A stretch of DNA of 64,000 nucleotides from Lobosporangium transversale (taxonomy: Eukaryota): positions 496,001 to 560,000 of the forward strand of contig NW_019028981.1 in assembly GCF_002105155.1 (NCBI RefSeq). Reading direction: 5' to 3'. Position numbers and translations under genes: made by a program. How positions within the stretch are numbered: position 1 is the first letter of the stretch; the number at the start of each line of letters is the position of its first letter. This document shows, piece by piece, positions 25,418 to 39,956 of this stretch. The notes below the pieces were generated by a model. It worked only from the letters and a program-made list of their open reading frames with translations. It searched no databases and was not told where the DNA came from.

Positions 25418-26731
25418 ACTCTCCCCACATCTCTCAATGACGCATCTTTTTTTTTAGACGGTAACCGAGCTTACTTGGACAGAGATAGTCCCGCCAGAAC
25501 AAGGGTAGTGTGAATAAGTGAGCATTAGTTGTGCGGGGTACGGTTCAGAAATGGTTATTGATACAACGCGGGGTAAAATAAAGATGTATTCAGGGTTGCA
25601 CACGGGTACACTGCAAAGTTCAATAAGGGAAGGCAGTCACATTGCACCAGATTCGCTATTGAGGATGACGGATGATTCCTCAAGCATGTGAAGATGTTCC
25701 CTATTGTAAAAAAAGATTTTTTTGGCTCGCTTTGCACACTCATTGGCCACAAAGATCTTTGGGTGACCACGGACACATTTGCATTGCTACTCTTTTCTTT
25801 GATTAAAACCGAGCCCTGGTGTATACCATATAATATTTGTATACTTTGTTTAAGACAAAAGGCATTGTGTTTGAATTAGTCAATAAACAAAAGCCAGCAA
25901 CAACTATATATATTTTCATAGACTCTTCAAACGCAAAACGCGGAATGCCCGATTCAGAATAAAGGTTTTGTTTTTGATGACACATATCCCACCTTTTGAC
26001 TCTTAATGCTTTCTTTGTTGTCGTTTTTCGTTTGTTCTTTGTCATTGCTGTTTTATAACTGCTTGGTACTTGTTTACTTTGGAAAGCTTTGTACGCACGA
26101 TCCACTGCTCAATTGCATTCATAAACATTCATATACATTCATACTCACTAGCTTTGCTTGTTCCTCTCTTTTCTTTTTACTTTTAATGGTTCGTTCCATT
26201 TCCCACCCTCCGCATTTTACTAAAAGAGGATGTATTGTTGCTGGTGCGATTTGTTGACATCATAGCCTGTTTCTTTCTTCTCTTTCATCTTCCGCATATT
26301 TCACCACTCTGATTCGATATGTATACAATTATATGCACGCTATTCATCATGACAAAGGCATGGAGGGAAAAAGAAAAAATGTATCCGATATTTCTCACGT
26401 GCGTTGTTCAAAACAGAAACTTGGTAAGAAAAGGGTCCAAGGCAACATTGATTGCCCAAAAAAACCATCCGCCAATTGACAAAGTGCCTGAATGTCAATA
26501 ATTTCCGTGTGCCACCTTGGGTGTTAAATATGTATGAAATGACACGATATTTGCCGACTAATAAGTCGAGTGAGTGCTCTTCTAATTTTAAACCCTCTCC
26601 TATTTTCTCCATTAAAATATCTTTTTATATTACTTTCCATCAGTCCGATCAATGTGGGAATTCTTTTTCTATGAACATTTTTATTTCAATTTAGCTACCA
26701 TGCTCTAAATCCTTCTCCCTGCCCTTGGGCT

Positions 26732-27437
26732 TTAAATTCGCTTTAGGATGGCCACAATGACTACGATAGGCGAAATCACAATGAGCATCCATCCAAATCG
26801 TAACAACACTATTGACATTCGGGACAAAATGGTTGCTGGCACGAAGAGCAATCCTATAAAGATCACAGTGATACTTTCAAAGAGTGATATATCGATTACT
26901 CGCCTCTTCCTTTCTCTTCCTTCTCTTATTTCACCACCATGGATACTATGGATCTCATGCCAATAAGGGCTTCGAACATCATGAAAATGTTCCGGATAAA
27001 TGATTCGAATTTGGTATTTAAATGGATCCACACCTTGTTTATGTCCATGTTCATACTTATTATCTGTAGTAGACACTGGGTCCAGAAGCTCCTTGACAAT
27101 GCATCTCCATGGGCAACTGTTAATATAGCATCTCAAGGATGATACGCGAGTCCTCTAAAAATAAAGGATCAATCATGTCAACGTCTTCTGAACGGGGATT
27201 TTTTTATTTTATTTAATTTATTTCACTCATAATCTGTATAACATAATATGTTACCTCATTTCTACTTTCTAAAACTATTGCGAAACCACACAAAAAAGCC
27301 GCAATGTGAAGCCAGGCCAAGGCGTCCGAAAAATCTTTGAATCGCCTTTTGTGGGCTGTGAAGGTGACAAGACTATATCGAGGATGGCCATATGACATGT
27401 GCCTTAATGCACGGCATTCAGGACAGTTATTGGTCAT
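26732..27437 (-). CDS. Candidate two-exon orphan membrane protein or decayed gene; exons 27437-27255, 27154-26732 (201 aa)
   Basis: Two short ORFs join in phase 0 through a 100-nt GTAACA...TTTTAG intron. The product has hydrophobic stretches ALAWLHIAAFLCGFAIVL, ITVIFIGLLFVPATIL and IVLLRFGWMLIVISPIVVIVAIL. No family recognised. Confidence 0.35.
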
Positions 27438-27641
27438 TTGAACAAGGAAAAGGATAAAATGGTATTGTTACACTGAAAAAAAAAAACTTTTCAAGTGGGA
27501 AATGTGATCATCGGTGACGTTAAACTTAAATGCTTTCATTTAAATGGTTGTTTGGTACATGTACATATAAAGTACAATCCACAAAAAGACAGAGACTAAA
27601 CTTCTTTTGCAAATAGTGAATAGTGAAAACAATAAAAAAGT

Positions 27642-28283
27642 TTAATTAAGATCGAGATCAAAGATTCCTGCTGCATCTTCATCGTCTTGTTCCGTTTGTG
27701 GTTGCTCTTGCCCTTGTTGTTGCTGCTGTTGTTGTTGTTGCTGCTGCTGTTGCTCCAGTTGTCTCCGTTCTTCTTCTTCCCTGACGCGTCCATATAATGA
27801 AAATTCCTCTTCGTCAGAACTAGATATCAAACCATCATCCTCATCCTCACCCACCCCACCCATACCATGAGGCTGCAAATGACTTCCATTAACAACATTG
27901 ACATTGCTATTCATAACTAAGCCTCTATCACCAGTATCAACAGAGCTAACACCAATTCCAGACAGAGCGCTCACATTGTCGCCTCTCATGCCATCCACCA
28001 GCCTTGATCCTGGCGTTGCTCCAGTTCCTACCATAGCGGCACCTGTACCCTGTTGTGATTGACCATGACCTACACTTCCGGGCATCACATTGCCATCTAA
28101 TGACACTAATGCTGCAGCCGGGGTCCGCTGTTGATTAAGAATACCTGCACGCATACTGACTTCCCGAGGGTAAGGTGGCTCGAACGGATGGTTGGGATCT
28201 GATGGATTAAAGTTGGGTGGTGCTGATGTATAGTTGCTAAGACGGTTAGCATACGCGACAATTTCGCCCACTGATACTTCCGC

Positions 28284-28322
<39 letters not shown>

Positions 28323-28925
28323 TGAGAGAAAGGAAAGAAAATTAATTGTTAGGATAAGAATATCTTGAAAGACTTGCCATGAACCTTTTTTTTTTATCAA
28401 GCTTCTTTTCATCATACATGATCGCGCAGCTGCAGCGACAGCCCGCTTCTCATCCAGATCCTCCATACTAGCTTCCAGAACCTCCTTAGCATCGCGTAAG
28501 CTCTGGATCACTGCCATAATAGTCTTGTTTTGTTCCTCAATCTCCAGCCGCACTTGTCTAATCTTACGCTGTTGTTGTTGATGTAACTCAACTTTTTTTT
28601 GACATGAAGTGAGTCAATGTCAGTCAATGATAATAAATTTATAGAAGAAAATCTTGTCAGAATGTTTTTTATGCCTTCGCATACTCTTCTCAACCGCGCC
28701 CATGAGTGTACTATCAAGCTGAAGAATTTGTTGCACAATGTCTCCAGGTGACGCTGGTGGCGTCTTGCCATCTGTCATGAGCTCTAACGACGTGAATAAC
28801 GTCTGTGTCAGCCTTGAGTATTCTGTGATTTGGTTACGCACCATCTGTCGAAGTGAATGTTGTAAATTCGTCGAAGTCGTCATCATTCCCAGGACACTGC
28901 TATTCATCGTTGGTGCTGGTGACAT
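27642..28925 (-). CDS. MED4: Mediator subunit 4; exons 28925-28685, 28591-28418, 28282-27642 (351 aa)
   Basis: N-terminal coiled coil, EIVAYANRLSNYTSAPP and PPYPREVSMRAGIL Med4 motifs, polyQ/acidic tail ending FDLDLN. Confidence 0.88.
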
Positions 28926-29345
28926 CTCTATACTTTCTCTTTTTTTTTAAGATATCAGTTGTTTTGTTTAATGGTCGCTCCGAAATGCACGTTCTGTTCC
29001 TGGCTTAAAGTGATGATTTTAACCAAAAGTGAATTTAAAAAAACTGCAAGTCAGTGGTACTTGTTAGCCATAAAATGGATAGTTGTGACTTTCTTTTTCC
29101 AGTGCAATTAAAAATGAGGATGCGATTTTTAATGTTCAATACAAAAAACAATTAGTTTTTTTTAATTATGGCAAAGAAATAATATCTACAAACAGGTCTA
29201 ATCTATAATATGCAATTGAAGATGCAAGATATGCGTTGCAAATATGAAATAGAAACGAAAAGTGGAAAAACAAATCATGAATATTTAAAAAGATGAAAAA
29301 AGAGAGGAGAGGGGATATAGAGAACGTGATATAGTGAGAGCGAGC

Positions 29346-32300
29346 TTAGAAGTCCTCCTCAGAGTCAGAGACCTCCTCACCACGCTTCTTGGCAGCAGCA
29401 CGACGCTTCTGCTTGTCCTTGAGCTCCTTGCGAGAGAGCTTGCGGGTAGACTTGACCTTCTCAACGTTACCGAAAGCATCAACCTTTGTCTCTTCCTCTT
29501 TCATAACAATCTTCTCCAAGTTCTTCTGAGTGTAGTTGTTGCCAGTGACAGTAAGCTGACCAGCGTTAACAGACCACTTCTCAACACAAACAGTGTCAGT
29601 GAACTCGCGGTTGTGGGAGATAATGACAACTCCACCGCCGAATTCCTTGATGGCTGCAGAGAGAGCTCCGAGAGAGTCGCGATCCAAGTAGTTGGTAGGC
29701 TCATCAAGAACCAACAAGTGAGGGTTCAACCACATAGCGGCAGCAAGAACAACCTTGACCTTCTGACCACCAGACAAACCGCGGATGCGGTTGTGGGTTG
29801 CAAACTCAGCATCGAGACCAAGATCACCCAAGTGCTTCTCGACCTCAACAGCAGTCAAAGAGCGAGTCCAGGCACCAGCCTTGGCAGCCTCCTTATCGTC
29901 GAAGGCCTGAAGAACCTTATCAAAGCCCCATTCCTCGAGCTTCTCACGAGGAATCCATGCGTTATCCTCGTAGGAGCGACCGACGAACTGAACCTCGTAC
30001 TCGAACGAGCGCTTAGCCTTACGACGACCATAAAGATCCTCGATCTGAAGCTTCTCCATCTTCTCGTTAATCTCCCACTGAATGAACTTCTTCATCTGAG
30101 CCTCCTCCTCGGGTGAGATCTGACGAGTAGCTTTGTTGTTCATCTCACGATCCTCTCCATACTGGTAACGCCAGCGGATATACTCGTTAGGGGTCTTGTC
30201 CAAGTGTTGTTCGACGTGATGGAAAGCGTGCTGGGCAACATAAGCAACACGAACGTTAGGGTGCTTGGTAACCGTACCACCAGAGGGAATAGTCTCGCCA
30301 GTCAAGACCTTGATGAGAGTCGACTTTCCTGCACCGTTGGGTCCAACGACAGCAACACGAGAGTTAAGCGACACTTGGCAAGACATGTTGGTGATGGTCA
30401 ACTTTGTGCTGCCGGGGTAAGCGAAATCAATGTTTTGGAGCTTGACAAGGGCCTTATCCTTGGACTTGACACCATCCAAGAAACCGGGCTCGGGGAGCTT
30501 GAAGGCAATGGGAGAAGCAGACAACTCATAGTAGGACTTGCCCTGAGGGTACTGCTCAACGAACTTGGACAAGTTACCCTTGTACTTCTTGAGCTTACGG
30601 TTCTCATAATGAATAATACCAGTGCAGACGGAATCCAAGAAACCAGAGTCGTGAGAAACGATCATGGAAGTGACATTGGTAAGAGAGGTAAGGTAGTTCT
30701 GCAACCAGGCGACATTGGTAACATCCAAGTGGTTGGTAGGCTCGTCCAACAACAAGATATCAGCGTTCATCAACATGGCACGGGCCAATTCCAACTTCAT
30801 CTTCCAACCACCAGAGAGAGATCCAACAGCCTGCTCTTGCTTCTCCTTGTCGAAGCCGACAGACTCAAGCATATCGACAACAGCTTTCTTATCAAGGTTC
30901 TTGATGTTCTCGTCATTGAAGATGAAGGTAATGACGGGAAGATCAGCTTCCTCAGCCTGAAGGTTGTGCTCGACAAAGACAGTGCGAAGTTCATCGGGCG
31001 AGGGGAAGCCCTCAAGCTGGCCCTCAGCAATGGCACGCATGAGAGTCGACTTTCCGACACCATTGGGGCCACAAAGACCATAGCGCTGACCGCGGCGGAG
31101 GTTGAGGCGGGTCTTGTTCAACAAGATCATACCACCATAAGCGAGAGAGAACTCGCAGTCGCAGAGAAGCTCACCCTCCTCAACATCAGCAGCAGCAGCG
31201 TTGGAAAGAGCGTTCTTGGCATCGTAGTCAACATAGAAAGCATTGACATCCTCAGCAAAAGCAGTAGCTTCAGACTCAGAAGCAAGGACGGCGAGGTAAG
31301 GGACGATGGAGGAAATCCAAGCATCTTTCTCAAAGTTGCGGGAAGCAATCAATTCAGCGCAGAGAGTTGAGATGTAAGCAAGGACGACGGAAGAGAAGGA
31401 GTCATCCTTGATGAAGGTAGCCTTGGCCTTGAGGGTCTCAAGAACCTGAGCAGAGGTAACAGTATAGGCAATGGTGACGACCTGGTCCTTGGAACCAGGC
31501 TCTCCACCACCGACACGGACCAAAGTAGCACGAGCACGCTCAGCGACGTTGCGGAGCTCGGGGGAAGCACCAATCTCAATCATACGGTCCAAACCTGGCA
31601 AGAGCTTGGGCAAGAACTGTTGAGCGTGAGCGGGATTCTCGACGAGCTTACACATGTTATCGATAATGACAGCAGTCTGGCGTTGAATGGAAGGAGTACG
31701 CTCAGCAAGACCACGGACCAAGAGAGGGCACATGATGGCAAGAGTGGGTTCTTCGACAGTGGTGACGAAAGTGGTAGCTGCGAGCTGATGAATGCACTCG
31801 GCAGCTTCCTCGGGACGGTTGATGCATCCAACCAAGTAAGGGATGGAGGAGATCAAATCGGGGTTACCAACGACGTTGAAGCAGTCAGTGGTGGTCTTGG
31901 TCGCCTGGGCACGAACCTCGGGCTTGGAGTCCCACATAGCCTCACTGATAATTGGGATAATATCAGAAAGAGCAGCAGAAACTTGCTATTTGAGCGAAAC
32001 AAAAAAAGACAGTTAGATTACTAATCCTTCCTATTGATGTCCAGTGTTGTTTAGTTTCTAGTTCGGAAAGATAAATTCTCGGCAATCGTACCTGAGGAGC
32101 AGAAAGAGTCAAGCCGGACAAGATGTCCAAGGCACCGATCTTAGATTGCCTATTAGTTCATTAACGCATTGCCAAAGAAAAGGGTTAGGAATCTTCAGAA
32201 AAAAAAAAGTTTAAGCTCCGCTAAAAAAAAAAGTTCAACACTCATGACGACGGACTAGAGACAAGTCCAAAAAAAAAATAAAAAAATAAAAAATAAACAA

Positions 32301-32736
32301 AAGAGCACAATATTAAAAAAAAAAATTTTTTTGCTTACCACTTCGATTCTTTGATGGCGTGGAAGATAACAGGCAACAAGAGACGAACAGCATATCTGGT
32401 GGGGAGGCTCATGATGGCCTTGGAGGCAACCTCAGCAGCCTGGCGGACAGGGACCATCTTGTCAGAGTAGAGCTCAAAGACCTTAGGCATCTGAGGAATC
32501 AAGAAAGGCTCGGCAGCTTGACCGAAAGTGTTGGCCAAAGAGGCCAGAGCGAGGAGAGCGCCCTCACGGTGGGGAACAGACTTCTTGTTCTCAAGGAGGG
32601 GGGCAAGACTGTCGATGGTAGCAACAGACTTGACGAGACCCTCGGACTTGGCGAAGGCTGCCAAAGCATCAGCGGCGGCCTGACGCTTCTCGGTGTTATC
32701 GGCCTTGACGATGGCATCAATAAGAGGAGCAGACAT
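29346..32736 (-). CDS. YEF3: Fungal translation elongation factor 3; exons 32736-32339, 32149-32092, 31985-29346 (1031 aa)
   Basis: HEAT-repeat N-terminus; two ABC cassettes (GPNGVGKS/LSGGWKMK/LLDEPTNHLD and GPNGAGKS/LSGGQKVK) with a chromodomain-like insert; basic/acidic tail; strong codon bias. Confidence 0.96.
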
Positions 32737-32969
32737 GGTGGGTTGAAATTAGGAGGGAAGAGGGTAAAAGAAAAGGTTAGGGTAATAAAGGGTAGATGAG
32801 AAGTCTATAAAAAAAAGTAAAAGAGTGGAAGGATGGTGAGGGAATGGATTCAGACGGCGATGAAGAGAGGATGAATAAGGGAAAGTGAATGCCGAATCCC
32901 AAAGGTGGTTGATGCTGAATGAAGGCCGGGTGAAGAGGAAAGAGCAAACGGTGCCTGCGTCTGTGGCCC

Positions 32970-32976
32970 TTTTATA
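32970..32976 (-). promoter_or_regulatory. Putative TATA box of eEF3 gene
   Basis: TATAAAAGGG lies ~235 nt upstream of the ATG. Confidence 0.45.
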
Positions 32977-34494
32977 ATGAAAGTTTTTTTAAAGTTCAGA
33001 GGTCACAACAAGTGGCTTTTACAGGTCTTATTATTATTATTTACCGTCATCCTCGGGCAAAGCACAAAACCCCAAGAAACAAAAGCAGTAATAATCAAGG
33101 CAATCGTAATAGCGGTGATTAAAAATAGCCAAGAGAGAGAGGCAAAGCAACCACGCGAAGCAAAGCGAACTAAACACAAAAGGGGAAAAAAAATAAAAAA
33201 AGAAAACAGAGACGGGAAATGAAGCGACCCAAGCGTACATGAAGAAAGTATTTTAGACAAATATTGACATCAGACCACGTTGCAATGGTGTATCGTCATT
33301 GGTTCCACACAAATCAATGGTGATGTCTCACCTCTATCCCCTTTGTTGGATTCGTATTTGTCTCTCTTTCCAAATTGCCAATCTCGGCACAGGTACAATA
33401 AACAAATTCATCCGTTAGGCTAATGTTTTGGACAGGATGAAGTCAGTCTCAATAACAATTCATGATAGGCCTAAAAAAAAAGCTGTAAACAAAAGATAGG
33501 AGAAGTGTTACCGTCGCACCACTTATACTGCAACATTCCAAAAAACAAATGACATGTTAATATATCTGTACCGCCCTGAAAGATCTATTTTTTGTTTTGT
33601 TTTTTCACAGGGGATAGGGGCACACTACTAATTGATGTTAATGTATCTAATCGATCTATTAATATAGATACATACATATATATCATGTTCCCCTTTGGAA
33701 TGAAGGACTACTAGCGATAGCCCCATCAAAATGAAAGAAAAACAAAGGGCGTCTGTGAGCTGGCATTGATTTTTTATGCCTGTTCTGAATGATTGATCGT
33801 TGCTAGGTCTCATTATGAGTAGTACAAAGATATATTGTTGAAAGTCAAAAATTACAAAAATTCCTATGGAACAGAATGTCTGTGACTTCATGGACGTCTC
33901 TTCCTGTGCTGTGCTGCACAGCTTTACTAATGCTCTTTGGATTACATATAATACACGTTCTATGCTCTCTGTAATAGAAATGACAGTCAAAGATCACTAG
34001 ACGCGACGACCTCTCTGGTGTAGATTTCAGTCTCCGCCTTGACCTGTGGCAGTCCGACAATTGGAATCGCAATGAGAATTAGAAAGCTAATAAGCTAATA
34101 TGAAATAAACAATGAGCATTGATCGGAATATAACATACATGTTTCTCCTCCACACAGTTGCACAATCAAGCACATGCTAGACATGTATGGATTTTCATTC
34201 GATTTGCAACTGCAGCCTAATACAATTGTTCACCATTGGCCTGAATTTTTTTTTTAAGTTGAAAGCACGTGGATGTTAGAAGAATTTAGATTGGAAAGCC
34301 TGAAATGTCTTCATTGAAAAATACATTTCACGAGAACAGGAACATGTATACAGATGTTATACAATAAGGAAGGTGAAATTATATTTTTTATTATGAGCTT
34401 TTTTACTATTAATTTAGATTATTTTTTCTACAAAGCTTACTAGGCCTTAGATGACTATAGTTTTTTTTTTTTTTTTTTTTTAACAAGCCTCCTA

Positions 34495-37400
34495 TTACAC
34501 AACGACTAAGTGCATCATTGATTTGAGGCGTTTGAGATCGATCAACCATGGGGGTAAATACCTCTCTCCATCCAAATCAATTTCTCTCAACTCTGGGGTT
34601 TCAAACGAGCCTGCATCATCTAGTGAAATTGCATCCAACATCAAGATGTCATTCTTCTCATTTGCAGCCACACGCATAGCGATCGCCTTGATCAGCTCAG
34701 GACTCACAGGCACCTCATAGTCTGCAATCATGTAGTTCTGAACCAACTTCTGCACCTGCGTAGGTGTCAGCATCCAACAAACATCATAGATGATCTCAAT
34801 ATCACTATGCGAGGCCTTCTTGAGCTGTAGTAGCTTGGTTGCTTGCATCAAGTGCTCTAATTGCAATGTTCCTTCAGGCAGGTCATGTCCTTTGCACCAC
34901 TCCTCAATACGTGTAATATTGTATTGGATCTGCATTGCACGCTTCCATGTGCAGAAGTTACGACGCATCAACAGATCATTGAATCCAGTAACGCCAACCA
35001 TTTTGAGTAACTCTGTCATGACCTGTCTCACAACCGAATGCTCTACATAGTAGCAGCTCATGGCTCTCCAGATCTTATTGAACAACAATAAGAGATCGTC
35101 CATGCTAAATGATGGGCCAGAGCCCATCAGCTTGTTAAAGAATCTTCCAGAGTCGTTCGTAATGAAGCCTGGCAATGCCTGACTCTCAATAATAGCAGGA
35201 ATGATCATTTTACTGAGTTGCTTCTTGAGAGACTTCATCCAAACGTGGAAGATATTGTACTCCAAGCACTCAAGTTCATACTTGACGGTCGAAACAAGCT
35301 GCTCAAAATCATCCCAGAGGCTATCATTGCCTCGCGCTGAGTACTCCTCACGCGTTATCTCTTGCTCGCTCATACAGATCAACGATAACAGCTCGTGTAC
35401 ATTTGAAAGCCAGTATGCGCAGGGAATGATAGACTCATCTCCAGATATTGACATAGACTGCTGCTGGATCGCCTGCATCACATTGATCATCAGTCTCTCT
35501 GACTCCTTGACATATCCGTATCTCCACATCTGTGCCGTCAAAAGGCCGATCAGATGAGCAGGGAACATCACCTCCTTCAAGTGAGGCAAGGTCGAGTGAC
35601 TTGGCGACGGGATCTTGACGTTTTTGATCAGCCCGTTGAGGATCTCGTCCTGAAGGCCATCCTCATCATCCAAGATTCGCATGATTTCGACCTCGGGCTG
35701 CTCGACTAGGCTATGGGTGCTAGGACGAGGACGTGCCACCCGACGGGACCAGTCATCGCTCGACATGGTCTTTGCTCCCCTACTATGGTTGTCCAGGTTG
35801 TCAAAGACGCTGTTAGTTGTCTTTTGAGGTCTAAAGATCCCACCATTCTCCAGACTGGCAACATCAGGTGTACTGTTGCTTCGGTTACGGTTGCCTTTAG
35901 TGCCCGGAAGCTTGTGCCCGCCGTTGGCATGCGCTGTGTAGGTGGGAGGTGCCACTGCCGGAGGCATTCTGTGGGGAACTGGCGCCTCATTCGCGAATGA
36001 GTAATGGTTCTCGTACTTATCAGCAGGATGACTATGAGCAGGAGTGGCGCCATAAGACGGAGGCATAGTTGCAGCGTTACTGGAAGGAGCTCTGGATCCA
36101 ATAGGGAAACTCGAAGTATCACGTCCTGTGGCCTTGGAAAGCTGAGCCAGCTGGTCTTTGAGATATTGATTTTCCCGTTTAAGTGCGATAACAGACTCTG
36201 AATCCTCGTGCTTGACCTTGGACTGGGCTGCGAGCTTATTAATCTCTTCCTTCGTCTTGGCAAGCGATTCTGTAAGTTTGGTAATCTCGTGATCGAGCGA
36301 GCGAGCCCTCTCGACAGATTCATCATATTTTGATTGTAATTCGGTATTCGCTGCTTTCAAGCTCTCGTATTGCGCCTTGGGTACAGTTGGGTTCTCGGCA
36401 GCATGTGCAATCTCCTTCGACTTGGATAGTTGTAATGATTCGTATCGTTCTCTCCATTGTTGGACTTGGTCCTCGAGGCTCGCCACTTGCGAGTCGAATT
36501 GTTTGTTCTGCTGATGCGCCAAGTCCAATGCTCGCGTCAGCTCCACCACTTTTCCCTCGAGGCGATACGAAATTTCTTTTAAATGGTTTACAGACCTAGC
36601 CTCAGCCTTGAGCGCTGCCAGCGCCTTCTTAGCTTGAGCACGACGGATACAAGACTGGATCAAGATAATAGCCTTGGTGCTCTTCCTATGTTCTCGGCGC
36701 ACCTGTAATCCGCGCCAGATCTGCTGAATCTTAGTTGCTGCAAAGGTTTCATGCAGCGTTTGGAATGCGATACGTGCTTGTTTAGCACGAAGAGCACACT
36801 GAATACGTATGATGTGGTTGCGGGTTTCGACATATTTCTTGCGTTGAGCATAGCCACGGATGAAGGTTTGTAGTAACGTTGCGGAACGCTCTTCGCGTAG
36901 AGACCGTGCTACTTTTTGGGCATGTATCCTGCGTGCGAAGCATTGAAGCTTGACTGCAGCACGACGCATAGTATTGTACCTCTTTTGGTAGATGAAGCGG
37001 CGCATGTTCTTCTGAATCAAGGTCGCATAAGAATTTAGCTTTTCGGTACGGAGGTTTTCCATAAATGCAAGAAGACCTGCACGGAAGAAGATCTTGGTTA
37101 AACCAACTTGATACTTGTCTGCCTCCTTGATCGAAGCTTCTAAAATTGCAGAGCACATCTTTTGGGTATCAAAGCCCCAGTGCTCAGAATTGACCAACAT
37201 GTAATACCGCTCTACAAACTCTTGGAATGACCAACGCGAAGGATAACCAGCGCAACTAATACGGATCGTCTCTAGTACACCGCAAGCTCGCAATTGGCCG
37301 AGAACCATTGGGGCATCGAACACCCAAGGTTGTTTTGCTTCGTTAGGCTTGAGACAACGAATGTAGTGGACATTCGTAGAGTTGATGGTGTCCATGAGCT

Positions 37401-39397
37401 GGATCAATGAGCCTTTGAAAATGGATCCTAGCGTCGGCTTTCGATTGATCGCGCTCTTGCGTTTGTCCCCAGTCAACTAATCAAGAGAGAGAGGAAGAGA
37501 GAGAGGAAGGAGAGTCAGATCCGTTAACAGATATGTAACGTGTGTGTAAGGGCAAAGACATTTGACATCTATTAAAGTTCCTCACTTACAGTACCGCCAG
37601 CACCAATAGTAGCGCTAGTCATGAGAATCTCCTCCAAGAACTCATTGTCTGAATTTTTGATCAAATTCAACAGCTCATCTGGAAGTGTATCACGATTCTT
37701 TTCCAGGAAGCCTTCGCAATCGTACGTGACATCATGTGCATAATGAGAGATTGTAAACGCTGTGTTGGAAAATCGAGGTTTTGTGAACCACTTCTTATGT
37801 TTTTCAGTACCAAACTGAGAGAAGAGCTTGTTGCACCAGCCTTGGTCCGATCCTGCGGGAAGACGACTCTCCTCATCCAGAAGCGCCAGGACTCCCAGTT
37901 TGCCTTCGATCATTTCAATACACGGTTGATTGTCGCTGAACTCAATAAACTTCCAATCGATCTGTTCGCGGATATACTCTTCTTGCTCTAGCTTGAAGAC
38001 ATGCTGGTTGAATTCCTGTTGGAGCTTCTCGTTTGCATAATTGATACAGAACTGTTCGAACGAGTTCTTTTTGAAGTGCTCGAAACCATAAATATCGAGG
38101 ACACCAATAAAGGAATGAATCTTGCTTGCAACAGCCTCACTAGATAAGCTCGAATTGATATTGCTTACAAGCCAATCAAAGAGCGCAGAATAGATGTACT
38201 TTGCAACTGAGTCACGAATGATCAAGCTCTGTTCGGCCTTGAGATTGGTGACAATCTTTTCGGAACGAGTGACGATCTGCTTCTTGACAAGCCATTTCTT
38301 AAACTCTGAAAGTTGAATACCAAGGACACGAGTAGCCGTGACCAAAGATGGATCATCATCTGCGATGATGGCATCCGTGCGCCCTGTAACTTGGATGTTT
38401 CCGATATGGAGCAACGCAGCCAAGAGTCTGAAGATCTGCCACTGGACCTGAACAGAGATACCAATGGTCGATAAGGACCTTTGAGTGATTTCAAATTCGG
38501 CAGCATCATCCACCCCATTGATAATCTCGACGCCTCCTTGCTTCAAGTAATGGAATTGGGAGATGGACTGCAAGTCCAATTCTTTTTTCTCCGATGGTGG
38601 CGCACCTGCAACCAGCTGGTAAAAGATGTGGTAGTTACGCTCATGTTCAGGCTGATATACAAGACGAGATCGCTCTAACAAGTATGTCCTAATTCTAGCG
38701 CCGATGATATTACGTTCTTTGTCAAACTGGATCTCTGTGAATTTTCCGAATCGAGAAGAGTTGTCGTTACGTGTCGTCTTTGCGTTTCCGAAGGCTTCCA
38801 TAATAGGGTTCGTAGCTAAGATCTGCTCTTCAGTTTCGCTCATGCCCTTGGAGGAATCTGCACCTTCGCCGTCGTCAGCCGTGGCGAAGTAGCGCATAAT
38901 AAATTTGGCACTGACCGTCTTACCAGCACCACTATTTTGAAGGAAAGAAAGAAAAGAAAACAAATTTCAAGTGTTAATCGTATGTACCTCCTTCTCTTTT
39001 GGGGGAAAAAGGCACTACAAAAAAAAAAAAAAAAACTAAACTAAATGCGCATGCTGGTATTAATTTACCTCTCCCCGGATACGACAATTGTTTGATTCTT
39101 CTCATCACGAATCATGCAACGATACGCATCTTCTGCAATTGCAAACAAATGTGGCTCTAATTCACCACGACGGCGACCAGAGTATGCTTGGATGATATCT
39201 TGGCTGTATAGGTTGACACGGGCAAAAGGATTGGCGGCGATCAGGACAATTCCCGAGTATGTGTAAATATTGCAAAGTGAATAACGAGTCCTGATATTGC
39301 TAAGGACTGTACCATGCAAATGGAAGTCATAGTGTTATGTTACTGCTATTTGCTCCGCCCAAACGGCTAATGATGGTTCGCATTTATCATTGGAACC

Positions 39398-39430
<33 letters not shown>

Positions 39431-39844
39431 ACCAGCTGGTTCGTTTAAATAAGAGAGGTTGGTCAAATCTTCAGTACCCTCCAATAGTGGTGGGTTACGT
39501 AAGGGGGGTAAGATGGCATCATTGCTCTCTTTGATCTTGATCAGTGTAGATGAAAAGACATGATCCTATAAACCACAAATAAAAAGATGCAGAAAATAAA
39601 ATTGTGAGGTGTCAGTCGCTGTTGCCAAAAATAAATGTTAAAAAGCACTCCGACATGATCAAAAAAGGCAAAAATAACATTTGCATGAAAAGGAGTGCTT
39701 TACCTTTCCGTTGTCGTCCTGAAAGGTCAATGTGACTTTGCCATCTGCTGTCACCTCCTTGTTGGTCAGCGCGGCACTGATCCATCCTTCTTTTTCGTCG
39801 GTGAACCAGCACTTTGTGCCCTTGACATATGTTTCGAGAGACAT
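34495..39844 (-). CDS. MYO2: Class V myosin; exons 39844-39704, 39565-39433, 39306-39069, 38931-37590, 37476-34495 (1611 aa)
   Basis: Contains DLTNLSYLNEPAV, spliced P-loop GESGAGKT, EAFGNAKTTRNDNSSRFGK and LDIYGFE, then ~6 IQ motifs, a coiled coil and a C-terminal DIL domain (FNDLLMRRNFCTWKRAMQIQYN). Confidence 0.97.
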
Positions 39845-39928
39845 GGCTCAGACACTGGTAAGTAGTAAGGAAGGAACGGGCACAAACGTGGTGCGGTTCT
39901 GTTGAAGGATGATGAAATAGGAGAAGGG

Positions 39929-39956
39929 TATATATATATATATATATATATATATA
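39929..39956. repeat. (TA)n microsatellite
   Basis: About 14 TA units, ~85 nt upstream of the myosin ATG. Confidence 0.95.

Noticed and set aside
29334..32024. Long + strand ORFs (260, 388, 134 aa) antisense to eEF3; similar ones opposite ICL1 and PMA1
   Set aside because: Expected shadows of strong codon bias in highly expressed genes; no recognisable motifs.
33845..34110. Signal-peptide-like stretch followed by a Cys-containing short ORF on the minus strand
   Set aside because: The pieces are in different frames with no credible start; too weak to call.
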